Below, piece after piece: positions 20,505-29,473 of a stretch of DNA of 64,000 bases. Position 1 is the stretch's first letter, and every line of letters begins with the position of its first letter. The notes under the pieces are model-generated. The model ran no database searches, had not been told where the DNA came from, and worked only from the letters and a program-made list of their open reading frames with translations. Source of the DNA: an uncultured delta proteobacterium (lineage in GTDB: Bacteria; Desulfobacterota; Binatia; UBA9968); NCBI GenBank assembly GCA_963804165.1, contig CAWDPO010000008.1:1-64000 (forward strand), given 5' to 3'. Position numbers and translations under genes: made by a program.

Positions 20505-21725
20505 ATGTTATCCAACGAGCACAACGAGCTGCTGACCAGAACCCGCGCAGGCACGCCGATGGGGGAGCTGATCCGGCGCTATTGGATTCCCGCGCTGTTG
20601 TGCGAAGAGATTCCCGAGCTCGATTGCCCGCCCGTGCGCGTGCGGATTCTCGGCGAGGAACTGGTCGCGTTCCGCGACAGCCAGGGAAAAATCGGCTTGT
20701 TGGAGGAGCACTGCCTGCATCGCGGTACCTCGCTGTTTTTCGGACGCAACGAGGAATGCGGCCTCAGATGTATTTATCACGGTTGGAAATATGACGTCGA
20801 AGGCAACGTGCTGGACACGCCGGCCGAGCCAGCAGGGAGCGACTTTAAAACCAAACTCAAGCACACCGCTTATCCGACCATAGAAGCGGCGGGAATCGTC
20901 TTTGCGTATCTCGGACCGCGGGAGAAAATGCCGCTCTTCCCTAATTACGAATGGACGCAGGTGCCGAAGGAGCAGACTTACGTGACCAAGGGCCTGTTGG
21001 AGTGCAACTATCTACAGGGACTGGAAGGCGAATGCGACTCGTCGCATCTCTCTTTTCTGCATCGTGAGTTCACCGCCTCGGGCCGGCGCCAGCTCTTCGC
21101 TCTGGATTCTGCGCCCATCTATGAAACTGAAGAAACAGACTTCGGCGTGCGCTTGGTCGCGACACGCAAAGCCGGTCCCGATACTCAGTACGTGCGCGTG
21201 TCGAGCTTTGTCATGCCGGTGTCTTGTTGGGTACCCGCGCGAAACCGGGAGAATCACATTTACGTGCCCGCCGACGATGAACACGCCTGGCGCTACGATC
21301 TGGGCTTTCTGCGCAATCGCAAGCCGGCGGTAGAAGACTGGAATCGCAAAACCCAAATTGGCCCCGACTACCGCAGGATCCGAAATCTACAGAATAACTA
21401 TCTCCAAGATCGCCGGCGCCAGGCGACCACGGATTACACCGGCATCGAAAACTTCCTCAACCACGACGGCTGCGCCACCGAATCCATGGGGTCGATCTTT
21501 GATCGCTCGCGCGAGCACTTGGGGGTGAGCGACAAGGCGGTGATCGCTGTACGCAAATTCCTTATCAATGCGGTCAAGGAGTTTCAGGACGGTAAAGAGC
21601 CGCCGCACATCGTGCGTGACCCGGCGCTAAATCGCTTTTCGCACATCGACACGTTCGCGCAAACGATCCCCGCGGGTATCCACTGGCGTGAACCTTTCGC
21701 ACACTTAACCTTGTCGTCGACGTGA
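20505..21725 (+). CDS. Rieske non-heme iron oxygenase (phthalate 4,5-dioxygenase-like)
   Basis: CLHRG...CIYHGW Rieske motif; DSSHLSFLH iron site; EHLGVSD. Confidence 0.9.
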   Translation: MLSNEHNELLTRTRAGTPMGELIRRYWIPALLCEEIPELDCPPVRVRILGEELVAFRDSQGKIGLLEEHCLHRGTSLFFGRNEECGLRCIYHGWKYDVEGNVLDTPAEPAGSDFKTKLKHTAYPTIEAAGIVFAYLGPREKMPLFPNYEWTQVPKEQTYVTKGLLECNYLQGLEGECDSSHLSFLHREFTASGRRQLFALDSAPIYETEETDFGVRLVATRKAGPDTQYVRVSSFVMPVSCWVPARNRENHIYVPADDEHAWRYDLGFLRNRKPAVEDWNRKTQIGPDYRRIRNLQNNYLQDRRRQATTDYTGIENFLNHDGCATESMGSIFDRSREHLGVSDKAVIAVRKFLINAVKEFQDGKEPPHIVRDPALNRFSHIDTFAQTIPAGIHWREPFAHLTLSST

Positions 21726-21766
21726 AAAGATAATGCGGACTTGACCGTGACGCGACGAGCCCACCC

Positions 21767-22900
21767 CTAACGAATTAACTGGCGCGCGATCTCCATGGCC
21801 GGACGCCGGTACTGATTGATGGCGTCCTCCAAGTGATTTTGCCGCTTGTAATAATCGTCGATGCTGAGCGAGTCCTTCCCGGCGTAGACACCGATCGTCG
21901 CGAGCCATTTGGTATCTACGTCAAGGCGGCGGGTTGCTTGCCCCATGGCTTTGCTGAAGGTTTCCTGTCCTTCTTTGCTAAGAAGCCAGTTAACGAAAAC
22001 TTTTGTGGCGTTCGGATGAGGCGGATTCTTGACGATCGCGATCGTCCCGCTGCCGTTGCTCGTGTAAGTACCTTCTTTGGGCACCGGCACCGCTTTGACC
22101 GGCAACCCCGCTTTGATGAACGGCTCCAGCGTATAGTAGGAAATCCCAATGGTCGCTGAGATTTTTCCCTTGGCGAGGCCCTCGCCCAGCAGTCTCTGAT
22201 TGGTGCTGATCAGCAGGTCCTGCTGCACGAGTTTCTTGAGATATTCCTCGCCCCTGATCATCCAAAAAAACGTCCAAGTGGAATGGCCGGCTCCCGGATT
22301 GCGCGGATCTAGGAGGCCGATCTTGCCTTTCCACTTGGGTTGCAAAAGATCGTCGTAGGAACGGATCTCTTCCGGCTTCACGAGCTCCGTGTTGTACCAG
22401 AGATTATCGCTGGTAAAAGCTTCGAATGAGTAGATCAGTCGTTTACCGCCTTTATTATCGCCCCAGATGTGGCCACCCCACCATTGCTTGGGATCTTTTA
22501 CGTCCGGCAGGACCATGAAAGGCTCGAAAGGCTCGGCGATGCCCGGCTCGACGAAACCGTAGAGCATGGTGTCGGTGCCGCCGATGCTGAGATCAGAGTT
22601 GCGAATGCCGGCTTTGTATTCATCGGCGATCTTTCGCGCGTTCTGCGCTCCGCGGCTAGGCGTCAGTTCGAGCTCAATTCCGGGAAATCTCCCTTTGAAC
22701 ACCGCTTCGATCTGTTTTCTCAAGTCGGCGCTCGCCGGGATACCGGCGACGAGTTTACCTTCCTTCCTGGCCGCCGCCAGGATGCGCTCCCATTCCGCCG
22801 AAGCGCCGGTTTGGGAAAGCGCTGGGCCGGGAGAAAGCAGAAATGCGCAATGCGTACCGAAGGCGATCCAAAGAATTACGACGATGAGCTTCGATTTCAT
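21767..22900 (-). CDS. Solute-binding protein (Fe3+/thiamine ABC family-like)
   Basis: Signal peptide; AAARKEGKL, PKWKGKI, PHPNATKVFVNWLLSKEGQ. Confidence 0.85.
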   Translation of the reverse strand: MKSKLIVVILWIAFGTHCAFLLSPGPALSQTGASAEWERILAAARKEGKLVAGIPASADLRKQIEAVFKGRFPGIELELTPSRGAQNARKIADEYKAGIRNSDLSIGGTDTMLYGFVEPGIAEPFEPFMVLPDVKDPKQWWGGHIWGDNKGGKRLIYSFEAFTSDNLWYNTELVKPEEIRSYDDLLQPKWKGKIGLLDPRNPGAGHSTWTFFWMIRGEEYLKKLVQQDLLISTNQRLLGEGLAKGKISATIGISYYTLEPFIKAGLPVKAVPVPKEGTYTSNGSGTIAIVKNPPHPNATKVFVNWLLSKEGQETFSKAMGQATRRLDVDTKWLATIGVYAGKDSLSIDDYYKRQNHLEDAINQYRRPAMEIARQLIR

Positions 22901-23102
22901 AACTTCTCCCATTGAATCCAGCATGGGCTAATCTTCCGCGGGCTTGCCCGAAGTCTGTCGTTCTCGCACGCCTTAAATCCAGACGAGTCCGGACCTGGCT
23001 CACCGACAAAAGCATTCGGCGCTGACGACTTTTGGGCAAGTTTCATCATCAGATTCGAAAACGTTTCCCATTTCGTTCTCTGAAGTGTCTCGACACGGAG
23101 AC

Positions 23103-24068
23103 TTACGCGCTCAAAGTTTCGCGAAAAAACAGCTCTTCCAGCGCGGGCGCGCTGATTGAGCAGCCCTGCTGCATCTGGCAGCGGATCAATGCGTTCAGAG
23201 ACTTTCGAGTCGATGCGTCAAAAGTGTAGCCATAGGGATCGTAACCGATGGCTTCGCTCAGCCACCGGGCCTCGTCTTTCTCGTCTTCCATCATGTATTT
23301 TTCTTCCAACGCACGGGCTTTGCGAAAAGCGGTGAGGAGGCTGTCCACGACCCAGGGGTGCTTGTCCACCATTTTTTCTTGCAAGACCAGCGTATGAATC
23401 ACGGGAATCACCTGAGTTCTGCGGAAATACTCGGCTTCCTCGGCGCGATGATCTTTCAGCAGGCGGCGCAGCCTGGGATTTTTTTCCAGGGAACCGTACG
23501 GCTCCAGGGCCGCGTCGATGACCCCGGTTTCCACAAGCTCGATGGCATGCTCTCGGGTTCTCGGCTGAGAGATGAAACTCACGTTCACGGACTGCGGCGG
23601 CGCCACATTGGCCTCCTCGCCCACGTCGGGCTCGGAGACGTACCACTGCATCTGGTCGGGAGACACACCGTATTCGTCCTGAAGTAGCGCACGCAACCAA
23701 ACGGCCGTCGTCGCGTTGTAGCGATGCGCGCTTACGCTCTTGCCTTTGAGCTCCGATGGATGGCTCAGAGGAGATGTGACGGAACAATAAATGCAGCGAT
23801 GGCGAAACTGGCGCGCCGGAAAAACCGGCAGCCCGCGAAGCGGGGCTCCTCTCATCCGCGCTAGGATCAGAGAGGAAGTTGAACATTCGCCGCCGTCGAT
23901 GGCGCCGTTAAGAATGGCCCGATGACGGGCTCCGGTATTATCCAGGCCGTCGCCGAATTGACTCTCGCAGCGCAGCTCGATCCCCTCGGGCCGAACACTC
24001 CCATCGAATAACGCCCGGGTCCGCGGCGTCACCGCCATACCCAAAGTGAGTTTGATCGTTTCGGCCAC
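23103..24068 (-). CDS. 4,5-dihydroxyphthalate decarboxylase-like protein
   Basis: RTRALFDGSVRPEGIEL, LPVFPARQFRH, YFRRTQVIPVIH, DPYGY. Confidence 0.82.
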   Translation of the reverse strand: MAETIKLTLGMAVTPRTRALFDGSVRPEGIELRCESQFGDGLDNTGARHRAILNGAIDGGECSTSSLILARMRGAPLRGLPVFPARQFRHRCIYCSVTSPLSHPSELKGKSVSAHRYNATTAVWLRALLQDEYGVSPDQMQWYVSEPDVGEEANVAPPQSVNVSFISQPRTREHAIELVETGVIDAALEPYGSLEKNPRLRRLLKDHRAEEAEYFRRTQVIPVIHTLVLQEKMVDKHPWVVDSLLTAFRKARALEEKYMMEDEKDEARWLSEAIGYDPYGYTFDASTRKSLNALIRCQMQQGCSISAPALEELFFRETLSA

Positions 24069-24086
24069 GTCACTCCCCAGAAAAGA

Positions 24087-24854
24087 TCACGTCCATCCCC
24101 GCATCCATTTTTCTCTCAGCCTCACCTTGTTCGCGTAAAAACGCCATTCGTAAGAATAACCGCTTCCCGCTCTGCGTATGCGCGCAATATCGGGGCGATT
24201 GAGCAAGGTGTCTTTGCTCTTTGCCATTTCGGCGACAAACTCCGCCGTCGGTCCGGCAAACCCTATCGCGTGCGCCAAAACCTGGATCTTCGCCGTCCGC
24301 TCCAGCCAGAGCGCAGTCATGCACGCTTCATCGATACTTTTGCCTGCGGTAACGAGCCCGTGGGCTTTGATAATTACGGCTTTGGCCTGCCCCAGAACGT
24401 GGGCGAGGTCTGCGCCTTCCGCGTCGTCCTTGATGTGAATAGGCCGCGCGTACAGTGGCACACCTTGTTCGAAAGGAATCGACTGCATGTGCACCGCAGC
24501 GACGGTTTTGTCCGCCAAACTCAACACGATGCACATCGGCGCATGCGCGTGGGCGATCGCTTGCACATCCGGCCTGGCTTTGAAGATCTGCGTGTAGATC
24601 GGCGCCTCGAATGGCGGCGAGCCGACGCCCGAGATTTTTTTCCCGGAGTAATCGAAGCGGACGAGCCAATCTTTACGCTCGTCCTCGCCTGACGCCGGAC
24701 GGATCGATTTCACCATGATCCCTTCTCCGCCAGGTAACCGTACTCCGATATGGCCCCAGATATCGCCCATCTCCCATTCGAGAATGCTGGAAGCGATTTT
24801 GAGATCGCGCTCCAGTGTTTTTACGGAATTCGCGCCGTTGAAAGTTTTTTTCAT
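24087..24854 (-). CDS. Class II aldolase/adducin family protein
   Basis: WGHIGVR, EAPI, HAH and AHG zinc-ligand motifs. Confidence 0.85.
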   Translation of the reverse strand: MKKTFNGANSVKTLERDLKIASSILEWEMGDIWGHIGVRLPGGEGIMVKSIRPASGEDERKDWLVRFDYSGKKISGVGSPPFEAPIYTQIFKARPDVQAIAHAHAPMCIVLSLADKTVAAVHMQSIPFEQGVPLYARPIHIKDDAEGADLAHVLGQAKAVIIKAHGLVTAGKSIDEACMTALWLERTAKIQVLAHAIGFAGPTAEFVAEMAKSKDTLLNRPDIARIRRAGSGYSYEWRFYANKVRLREKWMRGWT

Positions 24855-25082
24855 ATCGGCAAAAGATGCTCGGTTCGAAACTCAGTAACCGGTTTGGTAT
24901 CGATGATACCTTCAGTTAACCCGCCCGCGAACATTGCACAGGATCGTCTCCGTTGCAATTCTCCAACTCGTATCTAGTGATCCAAATCTTTCGGCCATTC
25001 TGATCGGCCGCTGCTGACGCGACAGATGCATCGATCCTCTTGTATCCCAATCGCTGCTTCGTTATTAATATTAACTCTCCGT

Positions 25083-25168
25083 GCCGGAGTGGTGGAATGG
25101 CAGACGCGCCGGACTCAAAATCCGGTAGGGGTAACCCTGTGGGGGTTCAAGTCCCCCCTCCGGCACCA
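25083..25168 (+). tRNA. tRNA-Leu(CAA)
   Basis: GCCGGAG acceptor, D-loop TGGCA, anticodon arm CCGGA-CTCAAAA-TCCGG, long variable arm, GGTTCAAGTCC T-arm, 3' CCA. Confidence 0.96.
25114..25168 (+). repeat. attL core (3' part of tRNA from the anticodon loop)
   Basis: ctcaaaatccggtaggggtaaccctgtgggggttcaagtcccccctccggcacca, identical at 52877. Confidence 0.93.
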
Positions 25169-25225
25169 ATAAAAATAGTCACTTAGCAATCATACCCGCC
25201 AGTATCACCCGTTCCGTTTAGCCGG

Positions 25226-25248
25226 CTTTAACTAAACTTTAACTAAAC
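25226..25248 (+). repeat. Putative integrase arm-type sites (CTTTAACTAAA x2)
   Basis: Same tandem at 52751-52772; variant at 37157. Confidence 0.65.
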
Positions 25249-25468
25249 GGTTTTCCTTAACTCCTTTGCCTGGTCTATCGGTACGACTTTGGCGTTCTCT
25301 CTCTGAACCAAAATACGCTCCGATGTTTTTCTTGCCGCTTCTTTGAGGTCTTCCTCATCGACGATGTCATAGCGGTCAAAAACGCTTCGCGTTTTATGTC
25401 CAGAGATCGTCATGGCCACCCGCTCATGAACACCTGCCCTCACCATGTCTCTAACAGCCGTTCGCCGA
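25243..25468 (-). pseudogene. Tyrosine integrase C-terminal remnant
   Basis: [33 protein letters not shown] (box II R, GH, catalytic Y); everything upstream is missing. Confidence 0.88.
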
Positions 25469-25850
25469 CGACCTCTTGTCCTCCGATGCGGTCATCGTCG
25501 GTTCGCCGGTATATGTCGGCAACATGTCGGGGCAGGTCAAGACATTCTTTGACAACTGGGGGCGCAAGTTCGATCTCGGAACCGCAACCGGTAAGATGCG
25601 CAACAAGGTCGGAGCGGCGTTTGCGACTGGCGGGGGTGTCTCCAGCGGTAAGGAAGTCACGATGCTTACCATCCTCGGCGCTATGCTCATCCATCAGATG
25701 ATTGTCATCAGCGGCGGAGGATTCGGTGCGAGCGCGACCACTGGCCCTGACTCGCCGGGCATTGACGCGAAGGAGATCGCAGAAGCTCGCGACCTGGGCA
25801 AGCGCGTTGCGGAAGTCGCCGCTCTTGTTAAACGGGGAGCGAGCAAATAA
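25464..25850 (+). pseudogene. Flavodoxin/WrbA-like protein, 5'-truncated
   Basis: [23 protein letters not shown]...KVGAAFATGG; N-terminal S-x-T-G-N-T loop absent. Confidence 0.75.
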
Positions 25851-25861
25851 CGCTGATGTAG

Positions 25862-26398
25862 AGGCTAGAGGTACTTAAGGATGCGGTTCCCAAGCTCGCC
25901 CGAGTTGGGCTTCTGCGACCGCCGCAAAACGTCGCCATTTCGGACGAACTTCAAATCAAAGAAATTCGCATTGCGGCTATGGCACTGAAGCTAAAATTGG
26001 AGGAGGTAGAGACTAAACTAGATTCAAAAAATTTAGAGAGTGCGTTTCAACGCGTCAAGCAAAAGGAAGTGGGCGCAATTATGACGGTATCTCGCCCCTT
26101 TTTTGCTGAACGAAAACGCTTCGTCGAGCTTGCGAGCAAATACCGATTACCGTCAATCTATCAGCAGAAGGAGTATGTCGATGAAGGCGGTCTCATGTAC
26201 TACGGGCCGGACTACATTGATCTCTATCGGCACGCGGCTGTTTACGTGGACAAGATCTTGAAGGGTGCCAAACCGGCTGATTTGCCGGTGCAGCAGGCAA
26301 CGAAGTTTGAGTTTGTGATCAATCTCAAGACCGCCAAGCAAATCGGTCTGACGATTCCGCCCAACGTGCTGGCTAGAGCGGATAAAGTGATTCGATGA
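25862..26398 (+). pseudogene. ABC_sub_bind-type solute-binding protein, 5'-truncated
   Basis: RLEVLKDAVPKL...YVDKILKGAKPADLPVQQATKFEFVINLKTAKQIGLTIPPNVLARADKVI; no N-terminal half. Confidence 0.8.
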
Positions 26399-26420
26399 TG
26401 CCGGGGAAACAAACTGCGTT

Positions 26421-26526
26421 GCTAGGTTTGAACTGAATTCTCCTTCTGCTTAATCCCGCCAGATTTCATTGAAGCGTCGTTCAGTTCAATTTCAGGCTAA
26501 ACTTGGCCTTGCCATTTGATGAATAC
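26421..26526. repeat. Hairpin repeat copy A (TTGAACTGAA...TTCAGTTCAA plus conserved tail)
   Basis: Inverted arms at 26428-26437 and 26480-26489; tail shared with copy D. Confidence 0.75.
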
Positions 26527-26670
26527 TGTCGAAGGCATGGCCTCGGAACGTCTGATATTCGATCAGGAGATCGTCCCTATTCGATGTGTCGGTGGCGAGC
26601 GGCATGTCATCGAAAAACGAGAATGCATGTCGCGCTGCTGGACCTTTGAGGTGAGCCAATTGATTGACAG

Positions 26671-27324
26671 TCATTTTCGTTCTGGGCTTGGCCGTTGCGC
26701 TTTCGTGGGTACGGCTGCAATGCGATGGAATATCCCAAAGACGTTCCGTCGTGCGCTCACGATCCGCAAACCCGCACTGTTGGCAAGTTCCAACGGTTCG
26801 CGATTCCAGTGACAGGCAGACGGTTTCGCAAAGCTGTCTGCATGACGATCCTGCCACCGACCAAGCCATCCGCGATCACTTCGACCGTGTTCCAACAAAA
26901 GAATTTGACCTGCCGGCTTGGTAACACGGGCCATCTCTCGAAGGGCGGTCGTAGGATTGGGGAACGTGCATGTGCTCAGAGATGAAGCAACAGTATCGAA
27001 GCATTCGTCAGGAAAAGGCAGCGCTTCTGCATCCGCTAGAGCGAACCGAATCTTGATATTCAATTTGGCTGCGCGTTCTCGCGCTATCTTCAGCATTTCA
27101 CTGCTGAGTTCTGCCCCAAAGATTTCGCAGCCGGTGTGGTAATACTGAAGATTCTTGCCCGTCCCGATAGCAACCTCAAGAACTTTGCCTGAAGCCTGAG
27201 AAAGAACTGATTGCCGGAGCTTTCCCAGGCCTAAAAAGCCTAATACCGTCTCTATAACGTCGTACCAAGGCGCGAACCGGTTGTATTTAGCGGCTATCTC
27301 TCGGGTGGCAAATTCCACCGACAT
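26671..27324 (-). CDS. Class I SAM-dependent methyltransferase (PmtA/UbiE-like)
   Basis: VLEVAIGTG, ADAEALPFPDECFD, LCTF-like STCTFP, LLEH. Confidence 0.88.
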   Translation of the reverse strand: MSVEFATREIAAKYNRFAPWYDVIETVLGFLGLGKLRQSVLSQASGKVLEVAIGTGKNLQYYHTGCEIFGAELSSEMLKIARERAAKLNIKIRFALADAEALPFPDECFDTVASSLSTCTFPNPTTALREMARVTKPAGQILLLEHGRSDRGWLGRWQDRHADSFAKPSACHWNREPLELANSAGLRIVSARRNVFGIFHRIAAVPTKAQRPSPERK

Positions 27325-27359
27325 GAAACATGAAGGCCGGGGGGAGCTATACCGCGTAG

Positions 27360-27617
27360 CTATTTCGTCGGCCCATCGTTCTTCGGCTGTGAGGCATTTC
27401 CCATCATCTGACTGCACATATCCATCATTTTGGACATCCGGGCCATTATGTCCTTCATGTCGCTCATCATCCTGTGCGATGGATCGCCCATCATTCCGCT
27501 CATACCTCGCATCATGCCGCCCATCGCTGAACCTTTCGGCTTGTCTTCAGCTTGGTATGCGCCTACTACCGTCGCAACAAGCAAACCTAACAACATTCCC
27601 GTGATAATCTTCTTCAT
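27360..27617 (-). CDS. Small exported Met-rich protein (possible Cu/Ag-binding)
   Basis: Signal peptide followed by MGGMMRGMSGMM...MMSDMKDIMARMSKMMDMCSQMM. Confidence 0.7.
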   Translation of the reverse strand: MKKIITGMLLGLLVATVVGAYQAEDKPKGSAMGGMMRGMSGMMGDPSHRMMSDMKDIMARMSKMMDMCSQMMGNASQPKNDGPTK

Positions 27618-27627
27618 ATGGTTAACC

Positions 27628-28111
27628 TCACTTCCGGACTTGCCAAAACTCTTTGAAATTGTCAGGAACCGGTGGCGTGGGAGTGGGTGGTCCTTTCTTG
27701 CCGTGCGTTTTCTCGATGTATGTTCTAATGTCTTTTAGTCGTCTGCCGTCGTCCATCAGCTTCATCACGTCACGCGTGATGTCTATGCAAATTTGTCAGC
27801 CAACGCTCATAGGATCAAACTCCGGTTTTTCCACCGGGGATTTGTCCTTCACGTAGCACGAAGCGTTACTTGTATGTCCAACCGAATCCCAGCAGCCACA
27901 GTAACAAGGAATATATTTGAGGACGTCCCGATTTTAGGACCGCGAAACGATAAGCATCACGCGTTTCGACAGGACCGTTTCTGACCTGCTCCGGCAGGAT
28001 TGAAGTTGGTGCCAGTTTGTAGACGTATTGCGCCGCCCCAAATGCAGAACCTGGAACGGATAAACTAGCCGCTATACCGACGCCCGTAATAAGAAAATCT
28101 CGCCTGTTCAT
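27628..28111 (-). CDS. PCYCGC-motif protein with Tat signal, candidate selenoprotein (UQIC); one frameshift near 27932
   Basis: MNRRDFL signal; after removing one A from CTAAAATCGG it reads NRDVLKYIPCYCGCWDSVGHTSNASCYV...FDPMSVG(TGA)QICIDITRDV...GPPTPTP...VRK-stop. Confidence 0.82.
27763..27781 (-). promoter_or_regulatory. Putative bacterial SECIS hairpin
   Basis: mRNA CAUCACG-CGUGA-CGUGAUG, a 7-bp perfect stem starting 15 nt after the in-frame UGA (27798-27796), with GU in the loop. Confidence 0.68.
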
Positions 28112-28146
28112 GGACTTTAATCTAACAGGCTCGGAAAGTCCGTCAA
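28112..28146 (-). promoter_or_regulatory. Putative sigma70 promoter with overlapping inverted repeat
   Basis: TTGACG-16-TAGATT ending 7 nt before the ATG; GGACTTT-N16-AAAGTCC dyad. Confidence 0.4.
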
Positions 28147-28269
28147 GTCAAAAGAATCAACAAGACAAATAGCATCACGTAGTAAATTAGGGGCTGAGTC
28201 GAAATACGTAAAGGGCATAAGGCGGGTTACGCAAAAGCGTCAATGTTCCGTTCTCGTCCGCTCTGGACT

Positions 28270-28296
28270 TGACTGTTAATCACCGGGTCGGGGGGT
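28270..28296 (+). other. tRNA-Asn(GTT)-like fragment, possible relic att site
   Basis: TGA-CTGTTAA-TCA anticodon stem-loop followed by CCGGGTCGGGGG; no D-arm or acceptor. Confidence 0.45.
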
Positions 28297-28300
28297 GTTC

Positions 28301-28344
28301 TGCGACGCTAGGATTGAACTGAATTCTCCTTCAATTCAATCCTA
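28301..28344. repeat. Hairpin repeat copy B
   Basis: taggattgaactgaa-ttctcc-ttcaattcaatccta; left ~30 bp nearly identical to copy A. Confidence 0.72.
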
Positions 28345-28528
28345 AGTTACAATTAGCCGTTTCCCCCTCGACGAATCTGGTTGCCCCTCTGTTGTAAATA
28401 ACACTTTTGTCAGCTTCTCTGTTCATGATAAGTAGCTTCAAGGCCTGGGATATGCCCTTATCATTAAGTGCTACTCCGCAACAACAAAATCGGGTTGTTG
28501 CTTTTATTTCTGTGGCAAGGACGTAGTA

Positions 28529-29368
28529 ATGACTGGCAAAGGTGTTGAGAAGCGGGAAGAAAGCCTGCGAGTGTTCAGCCAGGCTGCCACAATCTATGAC
28601 CGGATCGGTCCACAAATTTTCTCTTATTTCGGTCAATGCTTGGTCGATCTTGCCGACCTGGATTCGGGCGATAAAGTGCTCGACGTAGCGGCTGGGAGAG
28701 GCGCGTTGTTGTTTCCAGCGGCCGCAAAGGTCGGACCGACTGGCCATGTTACCGCTATCGACTTTTCTCCGGACATGGTACGCGAAACAGCTAAAGACAT
28801 CGAGAGTCGAAAACTAAGCCACGCTGAAATCCGTCATATGGACGCTGAACAAATGAATCTACCGGATGCGCCGTTCGATTGGGTTATGTGCGGCTTTGCC
28901 CTTTGGATGTTCGCTGAACCCGCGTGCGTTCTCCAGGAGTTTTACCGTGTGCTCAGGCGCGGAGGGCGGGTAGCTCTCAGCACTTGGGCCGCTGATAATC
29001 CGTTTCAAACTTGGTGTAATGAGGTGCTTAGACCCTTTGTGTATTCGCCGGCGGCAAATGATTTGCCTGCCAAAATCGATGTTAGGTTTGACACGCCGTT
29101 ACAGATAGAAACCGCGTTACAACAAGCCGGTTTCGAACACATCCGCATTACCGTCGAAGAAAACGATTTTATCTATACATGTGAGGAGGAGTTTTGGTTG
29201 TCTCTCTGGTCGGCTGGAATACGGCGGCAATTGGAGAAAATGACACCGGAACTGCTCGAACAAGCAAAGAGTGAAGTGTTTAGAAAATTGCAGATGCTGA
29301 AACAGGAAGGTGGCTTTCATAAAGTGAGTCGCGCCTTATTTGCCGTCGGGACAAAGCCAGCGCAGTAA
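28529..29368 (+). CDS. Class I SAM-dependent methyltransferase
   Basis: VLDVAAGRG, IDFSPDMV, MDAEQM, RVLRRGGR. Confidence 0.88.
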   Translation: MTGKGVEKREESLRVFSQAATIYDRIGPQIFSYFGQCLVDLADLDSGDKVLDVAAGRGALLFPAAAKVGPTGHVTAIDFSPDMVRETAKDIESRKLSHAEIRHMDAEQMNLPDAPFDWVMCGFALWMFAEPACVLQEFYRVLRRGGRVALSTWAADNPFQTWCNEVLRPFVYSPAANDLPAKIDVRFDTPLQIETALQQAGFEHIRITVEENDFIYTCEEEFWLSLWSAGIRRQLEKMTPELLEQAKSEVFRKLQMLKQEGGFHKVSRALFAVGTKPAQ

Positions 29369-29401
29369 GCCGTGGCACTTTTTATGTGAAGTGTCCCACG
29401 T

Positions 29402-29433
29402 AATCGAACTGAAGCGTCGTTCAGTCCAATCCT
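29402..29433. repeat. Hairpin repeat copy C
   Basis: aatcgaactgaa-gcgtcg-ttcagtccaatcct; right arm matches copies A and D. Confidence 0.68.
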
Positions 29434-29473
29434 CGGGGCGTCTGCAGGCCCACAATCTCGCGGAGATCGCCTG

